64,000 bases of DNA from Patescibacteria group bacterium (lineage in GTDB: Bacteria > Patescibacteriota > Patescibacteriia > 2-01-FULL-39-33): positions 509,006 through 573,005 of the forward strand of contig JBAZKF010000001.1 of NCBI GenBank assembly GCA_041650895.1. The letters are read 5' to 3'. The notes beneath the pieces are model-generated. The model made no database searches. It had not been told where the DNA came from and worked only from the letters and a program-made list of their open reading frames with translations. Made by a program: the position numbers and the translations under genes. Position 1 is the first letter of the stretch. Each line of letters starts with the position of its first letter. Positions 9,553-17,968 of this stretch are shown piece after piece.

Positions 9553-10500
9553 TTACTTTTTTTCTCCCCAATCAGGCCGAGCCGTTTGACCCTTATTAGC
9601 GGCTAAATATTTGTAAGCTGAGAGAGCGGCCTTAGCGCCTTCGCCGGCGGCAATTACTATTTGTTTGAACCCGACGTCGGTGCAATCGCCAGCGGCAAAA
9701 ATCCCCTTAACACTGGTCAACCCTGCCTTATCAGCCTGAACCTCCCCCCGCTCATTCAAATCAACCACACCCTTAAGCCAGGCGGTCTTCGGACTATAGC
9801 CGATTTCTATAAAAACACCGTCCAGTGATAACTTCTTATTTTCGTTATTCTTTAAATCCGTATATTTAATACTGGCAACTTGGCCCTCGCCCTCAATCGA
9901 AACAACCTTCAGACCGCAAGTAACGCTAATATTTTTAATTGCTTTGACCTTATCCACTAATGTGGCTTCGGCTGCAGCATCACAAGTATCAGAGAGTAAA
10001 AAAACTTGCTTAGCCAATCGAGAGAGATACTCGGCCGCTTCCGAAGCGGCATTGCCGCCGCCAACCACTGCTACGCTTTTATTCTTGAACAAGGGTCCGT
10101 CGCAAGTGGCGCAATAAGACACGCCTCGTCCGGTAAACTCCTTTTCTCCGGGCACGCCCAAATCACGCGGCGTCAAACCAAAAGCCAAGATTACCGCTTC
10201 AGTCTGATATTCTCCTTGTGTAGTTTTAACCAAAATTTTCTCACCTTCAGCAACAGCCAAAACCTCATCAGAGATAAACTCGGCACCCCACTTATCGGCC
10301 TGCGCTTTCATTTGTTGCGTTAGTTCAAAGCCACTGATAGATTCCGTACCGGGCCAATTCTGAACTTCATGCGCCAGAGCGGCTTGGCCGCCTACGGCTT
10401 TGGCGATTACTAACGTTTTGAGTTCGCGACGACGGCAATAAACAGCCGCCGTCAGACCGGCTGGGCCTCCGCCGATTATAATAACATCGTAATTAGACAT
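9553..10500 (-). CDS. trxB: thioredoxin-disulfide reductase
   Basis: GGGPAG FAD motif, redox-active CATC, and an NADPH-binding GGGNAASE motif. Confidence 0.9.
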   Translation of the reverse strand: MSNYDVIIIGGGPAGLTAAVYCRRRELKTLVIAKAVGGQAALAHEVQNWPGTESISGFELTQQMKAQADKWGAEFISDEVLAVAEGEKILVKTTQGEYQTEAVILAFGLTPRDLGVPGEKEFTGRGVSYCATCDGPLFKNKSVAVVGGGNAASEAAEYLSRLAKQVFLLSDTCDAAAEATLVDKVKAIKNISVTCGLKVVSIEGEGQVASIKYTDLKNNENKKLSLDGVFIEIGYSPKTAWLKGVVDLNERGEVQADKAGLTSVKGIFAAGDCTDVGFKQIVIAAGEGAKAALSAYKYLAANKGQTARPDWGEKK

Positions 10501-10813
10501 ATTTTTCTATTTCCGCCTTTAGTTGTTCCTTGCCCTGTAAACCCATCATGGTATTCTTCACTTCACCATTCTTAAAAACAATCAAAGTCGGTATGGACAT
10601 TACATTATATTTTCCGGCGGTCGCGGGGTTAACATCAACGTCCATAGCACCCACCTTGGCCTTATCGCCTATTTCCTTAGCTAACTCCTCAATAATCGGC
10701 CCCTGCATCTTGCATGGGCCGCACCAAGTGGCAAAAAAATCAACCAATACGACTTTATCGCTTTTCAATACCTCGGCCTCAAAGTTAGCGTCGGTAAAAA
10801 TTATTTCTGACAT
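10493..10813 (-). CDS. trxA: thioredoxin
   Basis: WCGPCK active site in a 106-aa protein. It overlaps trxB by 8 nt, consistent with an operon. Confidence 0.9.
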   Translation of the reverse strand: MSEIIFTDANFEAEVLKSDKVVLVDFFATWCGPCKMQGPIIEELAKEIGDKAKVGAMDVDVNPATAGKYNVMSIPTLIVFKNGEVKNTMMGLQGKEQLKAEIEKYV

Positions 10814-10900
10814 AAAATTATAATTAATAATAAGTAGATCCTATCAAATAACCATATTTAAGAAGCATCTAGCCCAATAGCTTTAACAGGCTGAATCTTA

Positions 10901-13900
10901 TCATTCTTCGTTTCCTAGGTCAATCTGAGGAGCGGCGGCAACCGTTACTGTTGTTGATCCATTGCCTATTTGACCCGATCCCGTAGCAGTCAATTCACCG
11001 ATCACCGACATTATCTCCGGATTAGACGGTTCTCCGGCCATGGGATTTGCTGGTTGGATTGTTCCCATACCTTTAGAACCAGCCGTTCCATTTGCTCCCA
11101 AAACGACCGGTGGACCGATAACCCCAGTAACCGACAACGGGGTAGAACTAACAAAAAACGGATCGCTACCGGAAGAGTCAGCTGTTGTTGAGGAGTTATT
11201 TTGTAAAAAAATCGGCGAACTACTGCTTAAAACAATATTCATTTCATCATTAACAACTATATCACCCAAGTCGTCGGTATTATTATCTGAAGTCTCATCA
11301 TCGCTTTTAACCGCCAGAGCATGCCAATTAAATCTCATCTCCTCTGTAAACGGCAGATCGACTGCAACAATAAAGCCGGTGGAGCTTTGCGCTTCTATCC
11401 AATAATCATGCCCGGAAACATTAAGTAAGGGGGTCAGCGTGATTATCGGATCAACATCATAGGGCTTAGCAAAATGAACAGCGGTAGAGGTTGCACCGGC
11501 AGACAACTTAACTGTGCCAGCCGCATCCTTATCCAAATAAATATGATCCTTAAACACCACCTTTGATTCAAATCCTGCTTCGCCGATAACTGTGATGGTA
11601 CCGTAAAAAGTGGCTGAAGAATTTACCGCTAATGAATCCAATACTTCTAAATCATCAAGCGGAGAGTCGTCAACAACTAAGGCCGACTCAGTGCTGGAAG
11701 CGATAATTCCGGATAATTGAGCGGACAGAACCCCAAGTTCTTGCTCCTGACGCTGAGCAACCTGCAATAAATAAAATGGCAGATGGTCGGCGCGATAGCC
11801 CTTGGTTCGGCCGTCATCAAGATATAATTCCGGCAAAGCATCTCTGATTTCTTCGGCGATCAAACCAAAGTCAGTCTGCCCGGTCTGTTTCCAGATAAAC
11901 GATTTGACTTGCAATCCCAATAAAGCGTCGATATTCAAGCTAGTATCAATGATATCATCTTTATACTCTCGAGATGACGGATTAACATTAGTCAAAGTTC
12001 CGTTATTGGAATAAACAGCGCCATTGGTATCTAAGGTGGAAATATTTACGGTTTTAGCTTCAGCATCAAAGGTAACAAAAGGCAGACCGTCATTATAATC
12101 AAGCCATTGATAACTTTTAGCGCTATCAAAAGACAATAACTCAGTTGAGGTAGTAAAATAAATATCCGCAGCCGACGAAAAATCTGAGGCAAAAAAGCTA
12201 ACATGAGCATCACGATTAGTTGAGAAAACTGCGAGATGATCTTTTATACCCACTAAATCCATATCGGATCCAAAAACAGCAGAAGTAGAAGCATGACCGG
12301 AAATCATTGGAACATCCATGAGGCCTTTATTTATATAGAACTTGAGCCCATAATTGCCATCATTTGTGAGTTGGAGCCAATCATTAGGCGATGTAACGGT
12401 TAATTTATGAGTTGGGGTAGTGGTGACAACACCAATGGTCGTAGTAGAATTTAGATTCGTCTCACCGGCAACCTTAAGCCCGCCACTGCCGATTATCACT
12501 CCGAAAAACTTGCCCAAACCGACGGTTATCAAATCCCTTAACACCTGTAAACCGCCAGACACTAACGAGCCAACCCTGGCGGTCGGCGTATCCAATCCCG
12601 GAAGCTTTATAATCACTAACCTATTGGGGCTTACAGACAATGGCAAATAAGCCCTGTTCCCGGAGACTTCCACTCCCCAAGGATTGCCCAAGGTGCTGAT
12701 TGAATCAACAAAATACGGATTATACGGGTCAGAAATGTTAATAATTTTCAAAGCTGCACCCTTATTATCAACAACATAAGCATAATCACCTTGAACCGAT
12801 AAGCCGGTAGATCCTGAAAAATCATTTATATCCTTGTAAAATTCCAACTGAGACCCTCCAACAATTACCGGATTAGTGGAAGAAGAAATGTCAATAATCC
12901 TAAATACCTCGGTAGAAGTGACCCCAATGTCTATAGGCGGTCCAAAGCAGTCATGAGTGGTATAAGCATAACTACCCTTAACAACCACATCCCGGCCTAA
13001 CGGCGGCATATCCAATAAATCACCGCCAACAACAATCGGATTAACCGGATCAGAAATATCAACGATCCTGAATACATTAGTTGAAGTAGCAACATAACTG
13101 ACGGTGTAGGCGTATTTTCCCTGAACATCAATGCCCCGAGTCTCACCGGGGAAATTAGTAACGGGATTACTGATTCTCCTTGGCTTGGAAGGATTAGACA
13201 CATTGATGATTTGCAAACCATCTTCACCGGTTAAGAGACTGGAGTAATAAGCGGTATAAAGCAAACCGTCTATGACTTTTAATTTTCTTAAAGCATAATT
13301 AGCGATATAATCTTCTCCAACCTTTTCCACTGGATTAGTCGGATCGGAAATATCCAAAATAGATAAAGTATTAGTGCTTTGATAAGAGTACTCCTCAAAT
13401 CCGATATAAGCGTATTTCCCATCAATATCAATGCATCTGGCTCCCAAACCGGCACCCGGCCTCAAAGCAAAACTATCATTTACTATAATCGGATTATCAG
13501 GATTGGAAATATCAAAAATTCTTAACTTGTTAGTAGAGGTCGGAGATTGTAATACTACATAGAGATAATCGCCATAAACCATGGAGTTAGATGCCCCGCC
13601 ATGAACTTCTGGCAAAGAAGTAGTAACATAACTTGGAGCTGAATAAAGCAAAGTGGAAGTAGCAATTTTTAGGTTAGAAAGATAAGGCGAAGAAGTCACA
13701 CCGACCAAGCCATTAGTTGCCTGTAAAACTCCGTTTAAACTGCCAATGGTAAGGTCGCCAGAAAGATAAGGCGAAGAAGTCACACCGACCAAGCCATTAG
13801 TAGCTTGCAGGATGCCGTTTAGACTGCCAACGACTAAATTAGTAGTAGTAGTGATTCCCGCTACCTGCAAATCTCCACCAAAGTAATTCTTGCCATTTGT

Positions 13901-16900
13901 AGAGTAAATGGCATAGTTATTGGTTGCTCCCATTGAATCAACGTCGTCAATTCTTAAAGCTGAGTAATCACCTGTAATTGTTCCGCCGTCATTAGTGCTG
14001 ATAATATGCACATTGTCTAATATGCCAGTGAATATTCCGTCATTCTCCAATTCAAAGTTGGCGTTATCAACATAGCCGTTAGTGGATATATTTGAATCAA
14101 CATCAAAAACAGTTCTAAATCTATTAGAATCAGCTACAAGAAACCCAGAATTATTGGCGTAAGTCGTTTCCCAGTTATTACCGTAATAAACTGAAGCATC
14201 ATTAGTTGAAGAAGAGTTAACAGTAACCGAGGAATAAATACTTCCAAGACCAAGACTTAATCCACCGCCAATATCAGCCCAATTATTTTCTTCTACTGTT
14301 CTTACAAAAGCATTTAGACCTCCAAAGATAGAAGCTAATACATTATAAAAAGGAAAGGCACTAATGACTGAACCTGCTCCGACTAACGTCTGGTCGCCTA
14401 CTAATAACTGATTGATAGTGGTAGTGGCCAGAGTGGAAGTTTCCGAAGCTCGGAAACTCTTGGCATAGATACTGGCTGAACTGCTGGCATTGCCATTAAT
14501 TGTTAAGAGAGTGGTGGAAACCGTGCCATAAACATCCAAAGCCGTTTCGGGCAATGATTTACCGATACCCACCTTGCCAGCAAAATAATTTTGAGTGTTG
14601 GAACCTCCCGACCAGATATTGTAATTAAGATTTGATGCTGAAGTGATGCCTTCGGTATAAAAACCATACGCATTCTCTGCTCCATCATTTCCAACATTCC
14701 TTATATTAATACCCTTATAATTTATAGGATGAAAATTTACATCGCTAATAATATCCAAATCAAGTCCGATGGCGTCGGTTACGGTTATTGTCGTATTTGA
14801 GGCATTAATAACATCAAAAAAGTTATTTCTGCCATGAAAGGCAGAAAATTCACTAATCGTCAAAGTCTGGCCACCGTTTGATACCCCCGCCTCTCCATAA
14901 CTGCCCCAGATTTGGTCGACAATTCCAGCTCCGTTGTCATAAACATAATTTCTACTACCAATCAGGCGATTATCGGTTGTTGTTCCGTCATTAATTACTC
15001 CAATTTCAGCTCCGTGAACTCGGTATAAATCACCGTTGAAATCACTGGGTATTCTTGTTGTCATACCCATGGTAGCGACAATTATTGAATCAGTCGGTGT
15101 ATTAAGGTAAGATTCAAATTCAATTTGATGAGAACCGTACTGGTAATAATCCTGGTTGGTAACAACTCTTAAAACCTGATTGCTCCCTTTAAGGGTAGTG
15201 GTTCCATTGACATTCAACCCCCGATCAAAGTTATAATTGGTTGCTCCGGTGATACCAAGTGCCCCAGCATTCGAATTTCCCCAGGGGTCGGTTGAAGTTT
15301 CTTGTATAGTCGCTATGTCATCTAAAATTGAAATCCTATCAGCATACAAATCAGATGTCGTAACTACCCCCACCACCCGTAAATCTCCGCCAAAATAGTT
15401 CTTGCCATTTGTAGAGTAAATGGCATAGTTATTGGTGGCACCCATTAACAGAACATCGTCAATTCTTAATGCCGAGTAATCACCTGTAATTGTTCCGCCG
15501 TCATTAGTATTAATAATATGCACATTGTCTAATCTGCCAGTGAATATTCCGTCATTCTCTAACTCAAAATTGACGTTATCAATATAACCGTTAGTAGATA
15601 TATTGGAGCCTGCATCAAAGAGTGTTTTGAATCTGTTAGAGTCGGCAACCGTAAACCCAGAATTATTGGCGTAAGTCGTTTCCCAGTTATTACCGTAATA
15701 AATTGAACTATCGTTAGTTGAAGAAGAATTGACATTGACTGAAGAGTAAACACTGCCAAGACCGATGCTAGTACCACCCCCATAATCAAGCCAGCTGCTT
15801 TCTTCTATGTTGTTTAATAAACCGGTTATACCGCCAAAAAGCGAAGAAAATAAATTATATAATGCTGAAACACTAAATGCCGAACCTGCTCCGACTAACG
15901 TCTGGTCGCCTGATAACAATCGATTGATGGTAGTAGTAGCCAGAGTAGAAGTGCCGGAAACGGATAATTCCCCGGTCAAGTCCAAACCGGCAAAAGTCGG
16001 GGTATTGGTTGTATCCAGCCATTGGTCAAAAGGGTTCTTGGCTGTAGCCACTAAATAAGAAGCGTCAAAATTGCTTTGGAACCCCGCCCACGTCGTCGTA
16101 GTGTTCCAAAAATACTGTTCGGAAGTGGTAGACCATCTAATTTGCTGAGTCTCCCAATAATCAGCAGATGTAGTGGAAAAAAAGTTGGTTATTGACTTCC
16201 AATAGTCACTGGAACTGGTAGACCAATTGCCGGCTAAAGTGGAAATATCCGACCAATCATTGATATAAACTCCATTCAAACCGGCGACGGTCCCCAAGTA
16301 AGAAGAGTTAGTGGTCGTGGCTGATCCGGTCACCGAAAGATTGCCATTAATGGTAGTAGCGGCTAATTGGGTATTGCCCAAAACACCTAGATTACCGGTA
16401 GTAGTAACGTGATTATCAAAGTAATAGCCGCCGGAGGCGTTTTCAAAAATCAATCTATCAGTGGAAGAATTCAAGTAAATATCAGAAGTAGTGACACTAT
16501 TGGCACTAAAAGTCAGTTTAGGATTCTGGGATATAGAAACATTAATTAGGTTACCACTAGCTAAAGAAATTTTTTCAAAGTCCTTGGCCGCGCCGACACT
16601 GTTATTAGAAACAAAAATCAAATGTTGAGTGGTGGTCTGGTAGCCTATTGTGGCTATACTATCATTATCATAAGAGCCAAATAATATCATGGGACTTTGA
16701 TCGGGCTGAGTATTCCAAATATAGGACGAGTCTTTAAAGCCAAAAACGTCAGTCAGAATAACGTTGGTGCCACTAGCAAAAGCCCCTGACGGGATGGTAT
16801 AACCGTAGATTTTGCCTTGAACAGTATCATTAAAAAAGGAAAAGGTGGTTGTTGCCAGGGTAGTAATACCCTGAGAAGCAAAACTTTCAGTAGAAGTTGC

Positions 16901-17806
16901 CCGAGTTGCGGTCAAATCTGTGATACTGGCAATGGTGGCGACCAAATTAGTGAATAAACCGGAGATAGCATTAAAGACGGAAGTGTAAAAATCAGTCGTG
17001 GTGGCTTGAGTTATAGAAGCGTAAGTAGAAAACAAATTAGTGGAAGTAGCATTTATCGCCAAGGTGGAGGAGGCGCTTAAATTCTTGATATTGGCAGTTG
17101 AAGTAACCGATAAATCGGTAACAGCCAAAGTACCGCCTGTCGCATCACCAAAAACCAAAGTAGAAATATTGGCTATAGTAGCCGTTAAACTACTGATAAT
17201 GGAAGATATGGCGCTAAGAGCCGCGGCGAAAAAATTAGTGCTGGTGGCATTAGTAATTGAGGCGTTGCTGGCAAAAAAATTGGTGGAAGTCAAATTAGTT
17301 ATGGTGGCGCGATCATTAGCCATGTCCGCCCTTAAAAAAGAGGTGGTAGCCAAGCCGTCAAATTCCAAGGTGTTAAGGGCGTTCGGCACAGCGCCCAGAC
17401 GTTTTCTGGGGGTAAGGGTTTCCCCGTCAACGGCTACTTCTAAATATATGTCTTGATTAAAATCCACCGAAGACAAAGAAGTAACCGACCCTAACATAAC
17501 TGAAAACAAACCATTGGCAACCGCCACTTGATCAGCGCCGGTTCGCGTTTCCGTCCAAAGCACCGAAGAACAAGATGAATCGGCACATAATCTAAACACC
17601 ATATCGTAATCACCATCAGCCACTGGACTATCGCTATGGTCAGTTAGCTTGCCTTGATAATTTATTTGCTGATTAAATGAAGCATTGGCTTGGGAGACAA
17701 CAAAAAACAGGGAAAACACAGCAAAACAAGCCATGATAACCCTAATCATCAGGTACTTAAAAGAATTTTGGTGTGTTTTTGTCACCATGCCAAAATGTTT
17801 ACGCAT
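10901..17806 (-). CDS. giant secreted/surface protein (2301 aa) with LVIVD-type beta-propeller repeats and a tail-fibre-like intramolecular chaperone (Peptidase_S74-like) motif
   Basis: N-terminal signal/TM segment (MACFAVFSLFFVVSQANA). Thr/Ser/Asn-rich beta-type sequence with internal duplications. Repeated G[KD]YAY...ID(I)SxPxNP units, and an SSREYKDDI...GLIAEEIRDALPELY motif. Confidence 0.75.
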   Translation of the reverse strand: MRKHFGMVTKTHQNSFKYLMIRVIMACFAVFSLFFVVSQANASFNQQINYQGKLTDHSDSPVADGDYDMVFRLCADSSCSSVLWTETRTGADQVAVANGLFSVMLGSVTSLSSVDFNQDIYLEVAVDGETLTPRKRLGAVPNALNTLEFDGLATTSFLRADMANDRATITNLTSTNFFASNASITNATSTNFFAAALSAISSIISSLTATIANISTLVFGDATGGTLAVTDLSVTSTANIKNLSASSTLAINATSTNLFSTYASITQATTTDFYTSVFNAISGLFTNLVATIASITDLTATRATSTESFASQGITTLATTTFSFFNDTVQGKIYGYTIPSGAFASGTNVILTDVFGFKDSSYIWNTQPDQSPMILFGSYDNDSIATIGYQTTTQHLIFVSNNSVGAAKDFEKISLASGNLINVSISQNPKLTFSANSVTTSDIYLNSSTDRLIFENASGGYYFDNHVTTTGNLGVLGNTQLAATTINGNLSVTGSATTTNSSYLGTVAGLNGVYINDWSDISTLAGNWSTSSSDYWKSITNFFSTTSADYWETQQIRWSTTSEQYFWNTTTTWAGFQSNFDASYLVATAKNPFDQWLDTTNTPTFAGLDLTGELSVSGTSTLATTTINRLLSGDQTLVGAGSAFSVSALYNLFSSLFGGITGLLNNIEESSWLDYGGGTSIGLGSVYSSVNVNSSSTNDSSIYYGNNWETTYANNSGFTVADSNRFKTLFDAGSNISTNGYIDNVNFELENDGIFTGRLDNVHIINTNDGGTITGDYSALRIDDVLLMGATNNYAIYSTNGKNYFGGDLRVVGVVTTSDLYADRISILDDIATIQETSTDPWGNSNAGALGITGATNYNFDRGLNVNGTTTLKGSNQVLRVVTNQDYYQYGSHQIEFESYLNTPTDSIIVATMGMTTRIPSDFNGDLYRVHGAEIGVINDGTTTDNRLIGSRNYVYDNGAGIVDQIWGSYGEAGVSNGGQTLTISEFSAFHGRNNFFDVINASNTTITVTDAIGLDLDIISDVNFHPINYKGINIRNVGNDGAENAYGFYTEGITSASNLNYNIWSGGSNTQNYFAGKVGIGKSLPETALDVYGTVSTTLLTINGNASSSASIYAKSFRASETSTLATTTINQLLVGDQTLVGAGSVISAFPFYNVLASIFGGLNAFVRTVEENNWADIGGGLSLGLGSIYSSVTVNSSSTNDASVYYGNNWETTYANNSGFLVADSNRFRTVFDVDSNISTNGYVDNANFELENDGIFTGILDNVHIISTNDGGTITGDYSALRIDDVDSMGATNNYAIYSTNGKNYFGGDLQVAGITTTTNLVVGSLNGILQATNGLVGVTSSPYLSGDLTIGSLNGVLQATNGLVGVTSSPYLSNLKIATSTLLYSAPSYVTTSLPEVHGGASNSMVYGDYLYVVLQSPTSTNKLRIFDISNPDNPIIVNDSFALRPGAGLGARCIDIDGKYAYIGFEEYSYQSTNTLSILDISDPTNPVEKVGEDYIANYALRKLKVIDGLLYTAYYSSLLTGEDGLQIINVSNPSKPRRISNPVTNFPGETRGIDVQGKYAYTVSYVATSTNVFRIVDISDPVNPIVVGGDLLDMPPLGRDVVVKGSYAYTTHDCFGPPIDIGVTSTEVFRIIDISSSTNPVIVGGSQLEFYKDINDFSGSTGLSVQGDYAYVVDNKGAALKIINISDPYNPYFVDSISTLGNPWGVEVSGNRAYLPLSVSPNRLVIIKLPGLDTPTARVGSLVSGGLQVLRDLITVGLGKFFGVIIGSGGLKVAGETNLNSTTTIGVVTTTPTHKLTVTSPNDWLQLTNDGNYGLKFYINKGLMDVPMISGHASTSAVFGSDMDLVGIKDHLAVFSTNRDAHVSFFASDFSSAADIYFTTSTELLSFDSAKSYQWLDYNDGLPFVTFDAEAKTVNISTLDTNGAVYSNNGTLTNVNPSSREYKDDIIDTSLNIDALLGLQVKSFIWKQTGQTDFGLIAEEIRDALPELYLDDGRTKGYRADHLPFYLLQVAQRQEQELGVLSAQLSGIIASSTESALVVDDSPLDDLEVLDSLAVNSSATFYGTITVIGEAGFESKVVFKDHIYLDKDAAGTVKLSAGATSTAVHFAKPYDVDPIITLTPLLNVSGHDYWIEAQSSTGFIVAVDLPFTEEMRFNWHALAVKSDDETSDNNTDDLGDIVVNDEMNIVLSSSSPIFLQNNSSTTADSSGSDPFFVSSTPLSVTGVIGPPVVLGANGTAGSKGMGTIQPANPMAGEPSNPEIMSVIGELTATGSGQIGNGSTTVTVAAAPQIDLGNEE
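11800..11980 (-). other. Peptidase_S74 / intramolecular chaperone auto-processing-like motif inside the giant protein
   Basis: SSREYKDDIIDT...FGLIAEEIRDALPELY matches the SD(R/K)xLKxNI ... GxIAQEV..xxPExV signature of endosialidase/tail-spike C-terminal chaperone domains. Confidence 0.5.
12560..13650 (-). repeat. LVIVD-like beta-propeller repeat region (protein level)
   Basis: At least six blades: GKYAYIG/ILDISDPTNP, GKYAYTVS/IVDISDPVNP, GSYAYTTHD/IIDISSSTNP, GDYAYVVDN/INISDPYNP, GNRAYLPL. Confidence 0.5.
13676..13838 (-). repeat. in-frame tandem duplication, 2 x ~84 bp (28 aa: IGSLNGvLQATNGLVGVTSSPYLS..)
   Basis: agaaagataaggcgaagaagtcacaccgaccaagccattagt... occurs twice back to back with a few substitutions. 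Confidence 0.7.
13861..14470 (-). repeat. intragenic ~610-bp direct repeat, copy 2
   Basis: About 85-90% nt identity to 15364-15990 by eye. Encodes TSTLATTTINQLLVGDQTLVGAGS...YAIYSTNGKNYFGGDL. Confidence 0.65.
15364..15990 (-). repeat. intragenic ~610-bp direct repeat, copy 1
   Basis: Encodes SVSGTSTLATTTINRLLSGDQTLVGAGS...YAIYSTNGKNYFGGDL. Paralogous to 13861-14470, about 0.9 kb away in the same ORF. Confidence 0.65.
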
Positions 17807-17968
17807 TAAACCTAATAGAAAAAGTAATAAAATTACTCTTACTTTTGGTAATGCCTTTATAAATTATAACACAAAACGAGTCAGAAAACGAAATTGTTAT
17901 CCACAGATTTATAAAAAAATGCTCCGTAAACTGCGGAACATCTTTTTAGTTAATATTTTAGTTGGGTT

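Noticed and set aside
11040-17456. Several 60-140-aa ORFs on the plus strand inside the giant gene
   Set aside because: They are antisense and low-complexity, with no RBS. The 2301-aa minus-strand frame is continuous and has a coherent domain structure.
17807-17968. Putative promoter (extended -10 tgtTATAAT near 17868-17876, minus strand) and weak terminator between the two giant genes
   Set aside because: The -35 is poor and the hairpin is only 4 bp. The two surface genes are more likely co-transcribed, so this is not reported as a feature.
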